This document shows, one piece after another, positions 9,533-17,377 of a stretch of 64,000 nucleotides of DNA. Made by a program: the position numbers and the translations under genes. This stretch comes from a virus. Numbering within the stretch: position 1 is the stretch's first letter; every line of letters starts with the position of its first letter. The notes below the pieces were generated by a model. It was not told where the DNA came from. It did no database searches and saw only the letters and a program-made list of their open reading frames with translations. Location: the IMG/VR virus record IMGVR_UViG_3300017766_003987, positions 43,267 to 107,266 of that record; one strand, 5' to 3'.

Positions 9533-9783
9533 AAGTTATCCGTTTCAAGGGTTCGTGGGGAGCAAGTAATCAAGGCTTTCTATCGATTGAGCAAGCGGTT
9601 CGGCATATGGTTGCCCCGATACCTTACGGAAGTGACGGGCAGCTAGAGAAAGAAATAGAACGCTTGAACAATACGGTTGAACTGATCGGAAGATTAGTCG
9701 ATGGCCTTGTTTCCAAGGGCCTACTAAGCCACGAAGAAGTGGCATTGATTCTCGGATTGTCTTACGAGGTAGTTGAAGAATGA
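9529..9783 (+). CDS. hypothetical protein
   Basis: Overlapping start/stop packing; GAGG SD. Confidence 0.55.
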   Translation: MKVIRFKGSWGASNQGFLSIEQAVRHMVAPIPYGSDGQLEKEIERLNNTVELIGRLVDGLVSKGLLSHEEVALILGLSYEVVEE

Positions 9784-10904
9784 TCAAATTCAAAGATGTT
9801 CGCAGCGGGCCTGTAGGGGCTATCCTGATGACAGCCCTACCACCGAGCATAGGGCACGAGGCGCTTGTTCGCTTCGGCGCGGAATATATGTCGCATCTCG
9901 ACGGCCATTTGGTCGTTATTATGGGCGTTCTCCCTAATGAACCTGGCCGGCGTGCGGATCATTTCGAGGCGCTTCGTTCGTGTTTCGGAAGTTACCGAAA
10001 CGTGCACTTTAGCCTTCAGTTCTCGAACGATCCGCAAGGCCCGAGCGGCCCGGACGATGACGCGTTCTGGGCGCACTGGGTCAAGGTGATCATGGGCCAC
10101 ATTGGCAAGACCCCGGATTACCTCTTCTCGTCGGAACAATACGGCTTTCGAATGGCTCAGGCACTCGATTGCCAGCACATCCCGTTTGATCCGGGCCGTT
10201 GGATCGCCAACGGCGTAAAGGCGACTGATATCCGCAACGATATCACAGGTCAGTTCTTTAACATAATCAAGCCGCTTCGAGACGAATTGCGGATGCGCGT
10301 GACGATCTTCGGACCTGAGAGCACCGGTAAGACGACGCTGACGAAGAACCTCGGTGAGCACTACAATTCGCCAGTTTCTCCGGAGTGGGCCCGGCCCTAC
10401 CTCGAGATGCTTCCTGATGGTCGCGTGAACCAAGAACGTGAACGAATGCTGACCATCGTCCGCGGTCAAGCGGCACAGGAAGCTGTGACGGATCGCATGG
10501 CAGAAGACAAGGGTTCGCCGTTTGCGTTCTTCGACACAGACCTGCTTACTACGATGGGTTTCGAACAGCGTCGGCGTCCGCGGTTTGGACGAAATAAGTT
10601 AGTTAGCTGGGAACATGACGAGCGTGCGAAATGGTGGGACGAGATCGAAGGGCTCTACCGCCCTGCCGACCTTTATCTGGTGACCAGCGACGCGATCCCC
10701 TTCGAAGTCGATCCGTTGCGCTACGGCGGTGACAAACGCGAAACCGATGCTGCTTACTGGATCGGTATTCTCGAAGCCCGTCAATTGCCTTATTATGTGA
10801 TCCCGACAGGCGACGCACTCGAGACCCTCGGATGGGCTATTCAGCAGCTCGAAAATGCAATGGAAGCACGCGCCGGTTTCGCCTACTATGAAAGGACCAC
10901 GTAA
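9780..10904 (+). CDS. nadR: NadR-like NMN adenylyltransferase / nicotinamide riboside kinase (no HTH)
   Basis: PPSIGH (HxGH-like), FSSEQYG, P-loop GPESTGKT, PEWAR and DPLRYG motifs; near pnuC. Confidence 0.85.
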   Translation: MIKFKDVRSGPVGAILMTALPPSIGHEALVRFGAEYMSHLDGHLVVIMGVLPNEPGRRADHFEALRSCFGSYRNVHFSLQFSNDPQGPSGPDDDAFWAHWVKVIMGHIGKTPDYLFSSEQYGFRMAQALDCQHIPFDPGRWIANGVKATDIRNDITGQFFNIIKPLRDELRMRVTIFGPESTGKTTLTKNLGEHYNSPVSPEWARPYLEMLPDGRVNQERERMLTIVRGQAAQEAVTDRMAEDKGSPFAFFDTDLLTTMGFEQRRRPRFGRNKLVSWEHDERAKWWDEIEGLYRPADLYLVTSDAIPFEVDPLRYGGDKRETDAAYWIGILEARQLPYYVIPTGDALETLGWAIQQLENAMEARAGFAYYERTT

Positions 10905-10918
10905 GGCGAGGAACACGC

Positions 10919-11164
10919 ATGCCTAAGATCCTTTTGCGCAATCAAGAGAATCGATACTTCATCACTGAAGTTGAATTCTGGCCCGCCGCGTGGAGTAGGG
11001 AAACCCCTCCCGTCGTGCGGGCCAATGTCTTTGGTAGGGTAGAATCCGTTTATTATCTTCGGACGGATGATTGGCTCGACGGAAAGCGTCTTTATGTTGA
11101 GGCGCCTGAACTAGGGGTAGCAATCCCTTACGAGTTGACAACCAAAGAAAGTCACGCAAAATGA
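10919..11164 (+). CDS. hypothetical protein
   Basis: GAGG SD; packed ORF. Confidence 0.5.
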   Translation: MPKILLRNQENRYFITEVEFWPAAWSRETPPVVRANVFGRVESVYYLRTDDWLDGKRLYVEAPELGVAIPYELTTKESHAK

Positions 11165-11622
11165 AGCAGATCAACACTCTGTCCCGAGAAGATCTCGCAA
11201 GGCTCAAAGACGAAGTCATGTTCGCAGGTCCGAATAATTCAATCGACCTGTATCAGTCCGTTGCGACGAAGTCGGCAATATACCCCGGGCATGGAACGCC
11301 GTTTGGGCTCGCCTATGTCGCCCTCAAGGGGGCTGGTGAAGCCGGGGAATTCGCCGAGCACGTCGGCAAGGCAATGCGTGACGATGATCTGGTCACAATC
11401 GGAACAGAACGGGGCGACGGTTTGCACGACGTTTTGTTCCAGGAGATTACTCCCGAGCGCAAAGCTCTATTGATCAAGGAAATTGGCGATCAGCTTTGGT
11501 ATCTAGCCGCCAAGTGCAACGAGCTTGGGGTTCTGCTCAGCGACGTAGCAGTCATCAATATCGAAAAGTTACTCGACAGAACCGAACGAAACGCCTTGCA
11601 AGGCTCAGGCGATACGCGTTAA
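11161..11622 (+). CDS. MazG-like nucleotide pyrophosphohydrolase
   Basis: GEAGEFAE..K, KEIGDQLWY and NIEKL..R...LQGSGDTR motifs. Confidence 0.85.
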   Translation: MKQINTLSREDLARLKDEVMFAGPNNSIDLYQSVATKSAIYPGHGTPFGLAYVALKGAGEAGEFAEHVGKAMRDDDLVTIGTERGDGLHDVLFQEITPERKALLIKEIGDQLWYLAAKCNELGVLLSDVAVINIEKLLDRTERNALQGSGDTR

Positions 11623-11765
11623 TGTAATGTCGTTCTGAGCAAGGGTCTTTCGTTTCGACTCGGTTGTGTTGTGCTTTGCTTAGCGTTGATGGGTATTTCC
11701 GCGATCAACTCCAGTCCCGTCGCCGGATCAATTCCCCCGAATGTTCGGCGACGGGATAACTTAAA

Positions 11766-11824
11766 GTGTCACTGAAGAGTCCTGATGGGACGAAATCACA
11801 AGGGAGAGCTTTGTGATCTGGCAC
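11766..11824 (+). ncRNA. type I hammerhead ribozyme (predicted cleavage after C11818, AUC)
   Basis: Stem I GUGUCA/UGGCAC; core CUGAAGA; stem II GUCC/GGAC; GAAA; stem III AUCACAAGG/CUUUGUGAU; then C17. Confidence 0.88.
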
Positions 11825-11830
11825 GTACAA

Positions 11831-12004
11831 GAGGAACGTTTAAGAGCGATATGGGCTTGACCGGCAATAGCTTACCGGTGACAACATAATGACCCAAAAG
11901 GATCTTGAGTAGGTATCGCTAGCCTCATTTGGGAGCTGATGATCCGGCTTAACAGCTCGATTTGACTTCTCAGGCGGGATGGTTGCAAACGCCCGCAAGT
12001 CCTC
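11831..12004 (+). ncRNA. structured RNA downstream of the hammerhead
   Basis: AGCGAUA/UAUCGCU, ACCGG/CCGGU, GAGCUG/CAGCUC and GCGGG/CCCGC stems plus crossing pairings; no convincing ORF. Confidence 0.5.
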
Positions 12005-12030
12005 ACTCCTATCTTCCACAGGAAGTTATC

Positions 12031-12264
12031 ATGGCTATCAAGCAAGCGCCTCCGTCTGCACTCATCGGGGTTGAAGCGGTCAACGCTGAAACGGGGCGAG
12101 AAGTGACTCCTTTGACTTTGACATTCACGTTACGACAGTGGCGTCTGCTTGCGGTTGCGGCAGGCCGCGTTAGCGCGTCAGTTTTCATCGAATCCAAAGA
12201 TGCGGCTGAAGTCAAGGCAATCGCCAAGCTGATTGCTGAACAAACCGGCAAAGAACCCGCATGA
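12031..12264 (+). CDS. hypothetical protein
   Basis: AGGA SD before ATG 12031. Confidence 0.55.
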   Translation: MAIKQAPPSALIGVEAVNAETGREVTPLTLTFTLRQWRLLAVAAGRVSASVFIESKDAAEVKAIAKLIAEQTGKEPA

Positions 12265-12521
12265 AATTCGATAACTTCCAAGTCGTAAATCCGCAAATTG
12301 TTCCCGCGGATCGCAAGCGTGAGCTTGATCGTCGGTACCTGGCGTTCGTTTATCCCAATCGAGACGCTCGCGGCGGCCTTGAAGATCTTGTTGCAACCAG
12401 CGATAGTTACGACGATATCTTAGCTGCCGTTAACGAAGCCCGCAAGACAGAATTTCAAGCGATTTGGCACGTGTACGATAGCGCAACCGGCCAGATTGTG
12501 CTCAAGGGATCTGATCCATGA
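12261..12521 (+). CDS. hypothetical protein
   Basis: ATGA overlap packing. Confidence 0.55.
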   Translation: MKFDNFQVVNPQIVPADRKRELDRRYLAFVYPNRDARGGLEDLVATSDSYDDILAAVNEARKTEFQAIWHVYDSATGQIVLKGSDP

Positions 12522-12672
12522 TCGAACGCGAGAAAGAATTTCTTCTTGAGCTCGCCGAAAAGATCGAACGTCTCCCTACCATTTTCGGGGAGGATGAGGT
12601 AAAGCGGCTGCGCGAGATTGCTGACATGTTCACGATCCGCGGTAAGCGACAGCAGGAAAAAGGCCTTCTTTG

Positions 12673-13647
12673 ATGCTTGACGCACTTCGTTTCGTTGCAT
12701 CCGCCGTTGCGAAGAAAGACTACGTCCCAGCTCTCACACACTACAAGATCACTAACGGTAAGGTGATGGGCTTTAATGGGATCATCGCCCTGTCATCTGA
12801 GATTGACGTTGATCTGGAGGTGATGCCGAGCGCAGCGAAATTCCTCGCCGCAATCAAGGCGTGCCCTGACACCATTGCGCTCAACGTAACCCCATCTGGG
12901 AAGCTCGCTGTCAAGTCCGGCAAATTTAAATCGTTCGTTGATTGCCTTCCCATGGACACAGCGGTCACTTTCCTTGAACCTGAAGGCGAGGAAGTTGACT
13001 TGGGACCGAGCTTTCTCAAGGGCATCAAGCTGCTTGAGCCTGCGATGGGCATCGACGCATCCCGCCAATGGGCAATGGGGATTAAGCTTCGCGGCAAGTC
13101 AATGTTCGCGACTAACAACATCATGTTAGTCGAATACTATCACGGGACGCACATTCCAATGGACGTGGTGATACCTGACCTGGCCATTAGGGAGTTGGTT
13201 CGTATCAACGAAGTTCCTACGCGTGTCCAAGTTTCTGAAAAGTCGATCTCATTCTGGTTCGGTGAGAAGCGTTGGTTGCGCACGAACCTGCTTGAAGGTG
13301 GAAAGTGGCCGACGGACAAACTCACGCAGATTCTGTCAGCGTCAACCGGTGAGCAGGTGCCTTTCCCTGATGGGTTCGCAGAGAACCTTGAAATTATCAA
13401 ACCGTTCTTGGGCGATAACGGCACTATCTTTCTTACGCCTAAGGCGATGATGACCTCTCAGTACGACGGCGAGGGAACGACGCTCGAGATTGAAATGCCG
13501 CAGATCACCGAGATGCAGGCATATCATCATAAACAGCTTGTGCTGCTGGCCGAGATGGCAGCGACTATCGATTGGACAGGCTATCCGCGTCCGTGCATGT
13601 TTCAAGGGAAGATGCTTCGCGGCGCACTTGTTGGACAGAGGGTGTAA
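12673..13647 (+). CDS. DNA polymerase III beta-clamp-like sliding clamp
   Basis: LDALRFVASAVAKKDYVPALTH N-terminus; ~325 aa; adjacent to the polymerase. Confidence 0.75.
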   Translation: MLDALRFVASAVAKKDYVPALTHYKITNGKVMGFNGIIALSSEIDVDLEVMPSAAKFLAAIKACPDTIALNVTPSGKLAVKSGKFKSFVDCLPMDTAVTFLEPEGEEVDLGPSFLKGIKLLEPAMGIDASRQWAMGIKLRGKSMFATNNIMLVEYYHGTHIPMDVVIPDLAIRELVRINEVPTRVQVSEKSISFWFGEKRWLRTNLLEGGKWPTDKLTQILSASTGEQVPFPDGFAENLEIIKPFLGDNGTIFLTPKAMMTSQYDGEGTTLEIEMPQITEMQAYHHKQLVLLAEMAATIDWTGYPRPCMFQGKMLRGALVGQRV

Positions 13648-15936
13648 ATGTCACGTTGGGACCTGACAGGTATCTTCTGGGACGACTATGTCGAGCCCCG
13701 TGCGCCGGCGATAAAGGAAAAGCGTCTGCCGCCTGACCCCGTCTGGCTCAAAGACGACTATTTGCCCGGGCTCGCCGAAGCACTTTCGTATCAGTTCAAT
13801 CATATGTCTGATGCTGAAATTGTGACAGAAGCCAAAGAGAAGAATCGTCTCGTTTGGGATACGGAAGAATATCCGAACTATTCCTTGATCGGTTTCAAGT
13901 CGGTCAAGAGTGGCAAGCATATCGTAATGGAGGCTAACGACGGGCAGCCATTCAACGAAATTGATCGAGCCAAGCTTCAGTGGATTCTAAGGAACTACTG
14001 CGTTGTCGGTTTCAATGACGAAGCATTCGATATCCCGGTCACAATGTACGCGCTGAACGGGGCAACGACGAACCAGCTTTCAGACGCAGCCCAAGATATC
14101 ATTGCCGGCGGACCTTTGTTTCAGGGTTTGACGCCGCGTGACTTCTATGCCAAATACCGGATCAGCGCCTTTCCAGTCGATCATATCGATCTGATCCAAC
14201 TAACGCCCCTCGGTCCGGGCTTGAAAGTTTGCGCCGGTCGTATGCACTCGAAATGGATGGCTGATCTACCGTTCATTCCAGGCAAGCTACTCACTGCTGA
14301 CCAAAAGTTAATCCTTCGCAGGTATTGGGCGAACGACTTGGATAACACCGAGTTGCTGTTGGGCAAGCATAAGGTCGCACTCGAGCTGCGTGAACTGCTG
14401 ACTAAGGATTACGGCGTTGACGTTCGATCCAAGTCTGATCCGCAAATCGCAGAGGCAGTGCTTCGATCCGAAGTCAAGAAGTTAACAGGCCGCAAGCGCA
14501 TTGACAAAGCGGTCATTCGCGCCGGCGAGTATTTCTATTTCGTTCCGCCTGCATATACTGCCTACAAGTCGGAAACAATGAAATGGGTACTTGACTTCAT
14601 CAAACGGCAGAAGTTCTATATTGATGAAGGCGGTTCGCCCGTCATGCCAATCGAGCTGGAAGGACTTGATATTGAAATCGCTGGTAACATCTACCGTATG
14701 GGTATCGGCGGACTTCACTCACAAGAAAAGTGTTCAATCCACCACAGTGATGATGACTTCGAGCTTTCGGACAACGACGTTACTTCGTACTATCCGAACC
14801 TCATCATCCAGCAGAACATGTACCCGCCTCACGTGGGACCCGCTTTCCTCACTTCTTTTAGCGGCATCGTAACTCGACGCATAACGGCCAAGCGCGCTGG
14901 CGACAAGGGGACCGCGGAAACGCTGAAGATTGTCGCTAACGGCACGTTCGGTAAGACCGGCGAGCGAGGCGGGCATTCGGTCGTCTATTACCCTGAGATG
15001 ATGATCCAGACGACGGTGAGCGGGCAACTGTCCCTACTCATGCTGATCGAGATGCTCGAGCTGGTCAACATTCATGTAGTGAGTGCGAATACCGACGGTA
15101 TCATGATCAAGTGCCCCAGGCACCTATTGGACGTCAAAGCGCAGATCATTGCCGATTGGCAGACTGCAACGGGACTCGAGCTCGAAAGCAAAGGATACAA
15201 AGCCGTCTACTCGCGTGACGTTAACAACTACATCGCTTTGCTCGAGAAGCCGGACACGAAAGAAACCGGCCCTTGGCAGTATGCTAAGGCGGTCGGTGCG
15301 TATCGCAAAACGATTGACGTGTATCCACTCAAGTGGAACCCTACGTGCGAAATCTGCAACGAAGCGGTCATTATGTATCTCGCAAAGGGCGTTCCCTTGA
15401 TCGAGACCATTCGAGCTTGCGACGATGTACGCAAGCTGATAGAAGTGCGCCGTGTGAGCGGTGGGGCATGCAAGGGCGGCGAGTATTTGGGCAAGGTCAT
15501 TCGCTGGTATTACGGCGTTGACGTTAAAGACGAGATCATCAACGCGAAGAACGGTAATCACATTCCGCGGTCTAAAGGCGCTGTCCCCTGCATGACCTTG
15601 CCGGATGACATTCCTGTGGACGTAGATTGGGACTACTATGTCACGCGCGCTCAAAAGATGATCGATGACTTCTATCCGAAAGTCAAGGTTGCCAAAGTCA
15701 AGGCGAATGCTGCGCCAATCGTCCCGGCCACTCCCGAGCAGGTCGAATGGCTCAAGCAGCATGATTGGGAACCTCTTTGGGATGACAACAATTGGATCAA
15801 AGTCGAATGGCGTGCAAACCCCAGGATCGACATTGACAAAGCTGGCGTACCTTTCCATGTCGCGTGGGCGAGCGCAACTAACGGCAAAAATGTTCTTGGT
15901 AAAGTTGAAGACGAAGAAGAGGCGACCACAGAATGA
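13648..15936 (+). CDS. family B DNA polymerase
   Basis: Exonuclease WDTE; polymerase motifs DVTSYYP, KIVANGTFGK and SANTDG. Confidence 0.9.
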   Translation: MSRWDLTGIFWDDYVEPRAPAIKEKRLPPDPVWLKDDYLPGLAEALSYQFNHMSDAEIVTEAKEKNRLVWDTEEYPNYSLIGFKSVKSGKHIVMEANDGQPFNEIDRAKLQWILRNYCVVGFNDEAFDIPVTMYALNGATTNQLSDAAQDIIAGGPLFQGLTPRDFYAKYRISAFPVDHIDLIQLTPLGPGLKVCAGRMHSKWMADLPFIPGKLLTADQKLILRRYWANDLDNTELLLGKHKVALELRELLTKDYGVDVRSKSDPQIAEAVLRSEVKKLTGRKRIDKAVIRAGEYFYFVPPAYTAYKSETMKWVLDFIKRQKFYIDEGGSPVMPIELEGLDIEIAGNIYRMGIGGLHSQEKCSIHHSDDDFELSDNDVTSYYPNLIIQQNMYPPHVGPAFLTSFSGIVTRRITAKRAGDKGTAETLKIVANGTFGKTGERGGHSVVYYPEMMIQTTVSGQLSLLMLIEMLELVNIHVVSANTDGIMIKCPRHLLDVKAQIIADWQTATGLELESKGYKAVYSRDVNNYIALLEKPDTKETGPWQYAKAVGAYRKTIDVYPLKWNPTCEICNEAVIMYLAKGVPLIETIRACDDVRKLIEVRRVSGGACKGGEYLGKVIRWYYGVDVKDEIINAKNGNHIPRSKGAVPCMTLPDDIPVDVDWDYYVTRAQKMIDDFYPKVKVAKVKANAAPIVPATPEQVEWLKQHDWEPLWDDNNWIKVEWRANPRIDIDKAGVPFHVAWASATNGKNVLGKVEDEEEATTE

Positions 15937-16181
15937 GAGCTCTTAGGCTTCCGCCCTCGAAAGAGGAACAGATTGCTACTGCCACAGCACTTATCGCCAA
16001 TGCAGTTTATCAGCAAAAGAAGGCGCAAGCTGAGGTCGACCGGCTGGGCAAGCAGGTTGCCGCTCATCCCGATATCCCTGTGTTCAAGGATATCCTTTAT
16101 GAGAACCAGAAATGGCTAGCATTGGAGACTGGGAGAATTGAACGCTACACACAATCCCTCAACGCACTTGAGTCCGAATGA
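15933..16181 (+). CDS. hypothetical protein
   Basis: ATGA overlap with the polymerase stop. Confidence 0.55.
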   Translation: MRALRLPPSKEEQIATATALIANAVYQQKKAQAEVDRLGKQVAAHPDIPVFKDILYENQKWLALETGRIERYTQSLNALESE

Positions 16182-16363
16182 GTTTGTAGCAATCCGTCAT
16201 CCTCAGACAGGTCTCTACATGCAAGCTAACAAACGTTGGTTTAACGTTGCAAAATTTCTACCCTACAGTCGAGCAATACTGTTTGTTCGGGTTGATCTAG
16301 GGCTTGATCTCAGCGACGTGGAATTCGTCTCACGTGACGAGATTAAGAACCTCAAGTATTGAG

Positions 16364-16392
16364 TTGACGCGATAGCACGATGGGCCTAACCT
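16364..16392 (+). promoter_or_regulatory. sigma70-type promoter
   Basis: TTGACG-N17-TAACCT. Confidence 0.7.
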
Positions 16393-16398
16393 GATCGT

Positions 16399-16705
16399 AT
16401 TGAGATTGAGTTGCAGCCCTCAGCGCAGCTCGATTGATCGGAAGGGAGCCTGTGAATGATCGTTCGCAAACAGACTTGGAATTGTATGTCACCGGGCGCG
16501 GAATACGCACCCGTCTGGGTTGAGCAAAGGCTTCCCGTATAGGCGGTTTTAGATAAACGGCGTAGCATCCGCGGATTGGATGTACGAGGCGTGAGCAATC
16601 TCGGCTGAACGAAAATGGAGGAAAAATCGAGTTGGGCAGTGCGGGGCGCGCGCGGCATTAATGTCCGGTGATGCAAAACGGACGAGTAAGACCGCAGGAC
16701 TCAGT
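16399..16705 (+). ncRNA. ~300-nt ornate non-coding RNA with its own promoter and terminator
   Basis: CAGCUCGAUU/AAUCGAGUUG, GGGAGCCU/AGGCUUCC and CAGAC/GUCUG stems, GCGGUUUU/AAGACCGC pseudoknot; no + strand ORF of 60 aa or more. Confidence 0.65.
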
Positions 16706-16709
16706 TTTA

Positions 16710-16748
16710 GGCCCTACCGTACTTGAAAGCGGTAGGGCCATTTAATTT
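16710..16748. terminator. bidirectional terminator between the ncRNA and the convergent 146-aa gene
   Basis: GGCCCTACCG/CGGTAGGGCC 10-bp stem with AT-rich flanks. Confidence 0.75.
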
Positions 16749-17188
16749 TATGCAGCTTGCTTAATTGATTGCTCTTCGCCAGATTTCCATTTCAGGAACG
16801 CTTCGAGCAGCTCGAGCTTCGGAGTTTCAACTCCGTATTTTTCAACCAGCTGGCGAACGCGTTTCCAGTCGGGCGGATTGATACAGGTAGCCTCCATTGC
16901 CATGTAGGGTGTGCCTTTTAAGAATCCGTATGCCAGCAACGCTGCCCGGGATTCGCTACGCACGTCGATTTTACGATGGTCGCGGAGGGATAAACGAAGC
17001 CTGCGAGCTTCATCATGAGCGACAAGATCACGCGGAGCAGGACGCTTCCAAACACCGGGCTCGACTTCAACACGTTTGGAGGGTTTTGCCCATTCCTGAG
17101 TACGGCGTTGAATAGCTTCTTCGTGTCGAATGTCACGAGCTTCTGAAGCGAGAGATTTGATCTTGACGCGGAGGTAGATAGACGACAT
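16748..17188 (-). CDS. phage protein of unknown function downstream of the tRNA/leader element
   Basis: AAGGA SD 8 nt before the ATG; basic helical motifs LRVKIKSLASEARDIR and RAALLAYGFLKGTPY. Confidence 0.8.
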   Translation of the reverse strand: MSSIYLRVKIKSLASEARDIRHEEAIQRRTQEWAKPSKRVEVEPGVWKRPAPRDLVAHDEARRLRLSLRDHRKIDVRSESRAALLAYGFLKGTPYMAMEATCINPPDWKRVRQLVEKYGVETPKLELLEAFLKWKSGEEQSIKQAA

Positions 17189-17193
17189 TTTGA

Positions 17194-17285
17194 TGATCCT
17201 TGAAAGGGAGTAAAAATACTACGACCAGACAAAGGATCAAAGGCGGACTGCGTATTCGGAATCTAGGTCATCTTTAATGCCTTTC
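17194..17285 (-). promoter_or_regulatory. leader mini-ORF AUG-ACC-UAG(A) with +1-frame RIRSPP and an SD-sequestering hairpin
   Basis: GAAAGG-N8-ATG at 17271; +1 frame TTC CGA ATA CGC AGT CCG CCT; TGATCCTT (17239-17232) pairs with AAGGATCA (17201-17194). Confidence 0.7.
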
Positions 17286-17298
17286 AAGCATTGGTGTT

Positions 17299-17368
17299 TG
17301 GCGAGCCTAGCGGGGATCGAACCCACTTGCTAAGGATTAGAAGCCTCTGCAACGCGCCCTATAAGCCC
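17299..17368 (-). tRNA. non-canonical D-arm-deficient tRNA with 8-nt anticodon loop (UCUA; Arg-UCU-like)
   Basis: GGGCUUA/UAGGCUC acceptor, G73, encoded CCA; GUGGG-UUCGAUC-CCCGC T arm; GAGG-CUUCUAAU-CCUU anticodon arm. Confidence 0.75.
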
Positions 17369-17377
17369 GTGCCTCAT

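Noticed and set aside
11623-11775. Readthrough extension of MazG into a hydrophobic peptide
   Set aside because: The open frame follows a TAA with no readthrough signal, and the region is better explained by RNA hairpins.
11936-11965. Second CUGAUGA hammerhead-like core
   Set aside because: No stem II followed by GAAA downstream; the bases sit in a GAGCUG/CAGCUC hairpin instead.
16399-16705. tmRNA or RNase P identity for the ncRNA
   Set aside because: No tRNA-like acceptor/T arm, no tag frame ending in AA-stop and no GAGGAAAGUCC P4 signature.
16918-17271. Simple amber readthrough producing a fusion to the 146-aa gene
   Set aside because: Neither the 0 frame nor the +1 frame is in frame with the gene's ATG at 17188.
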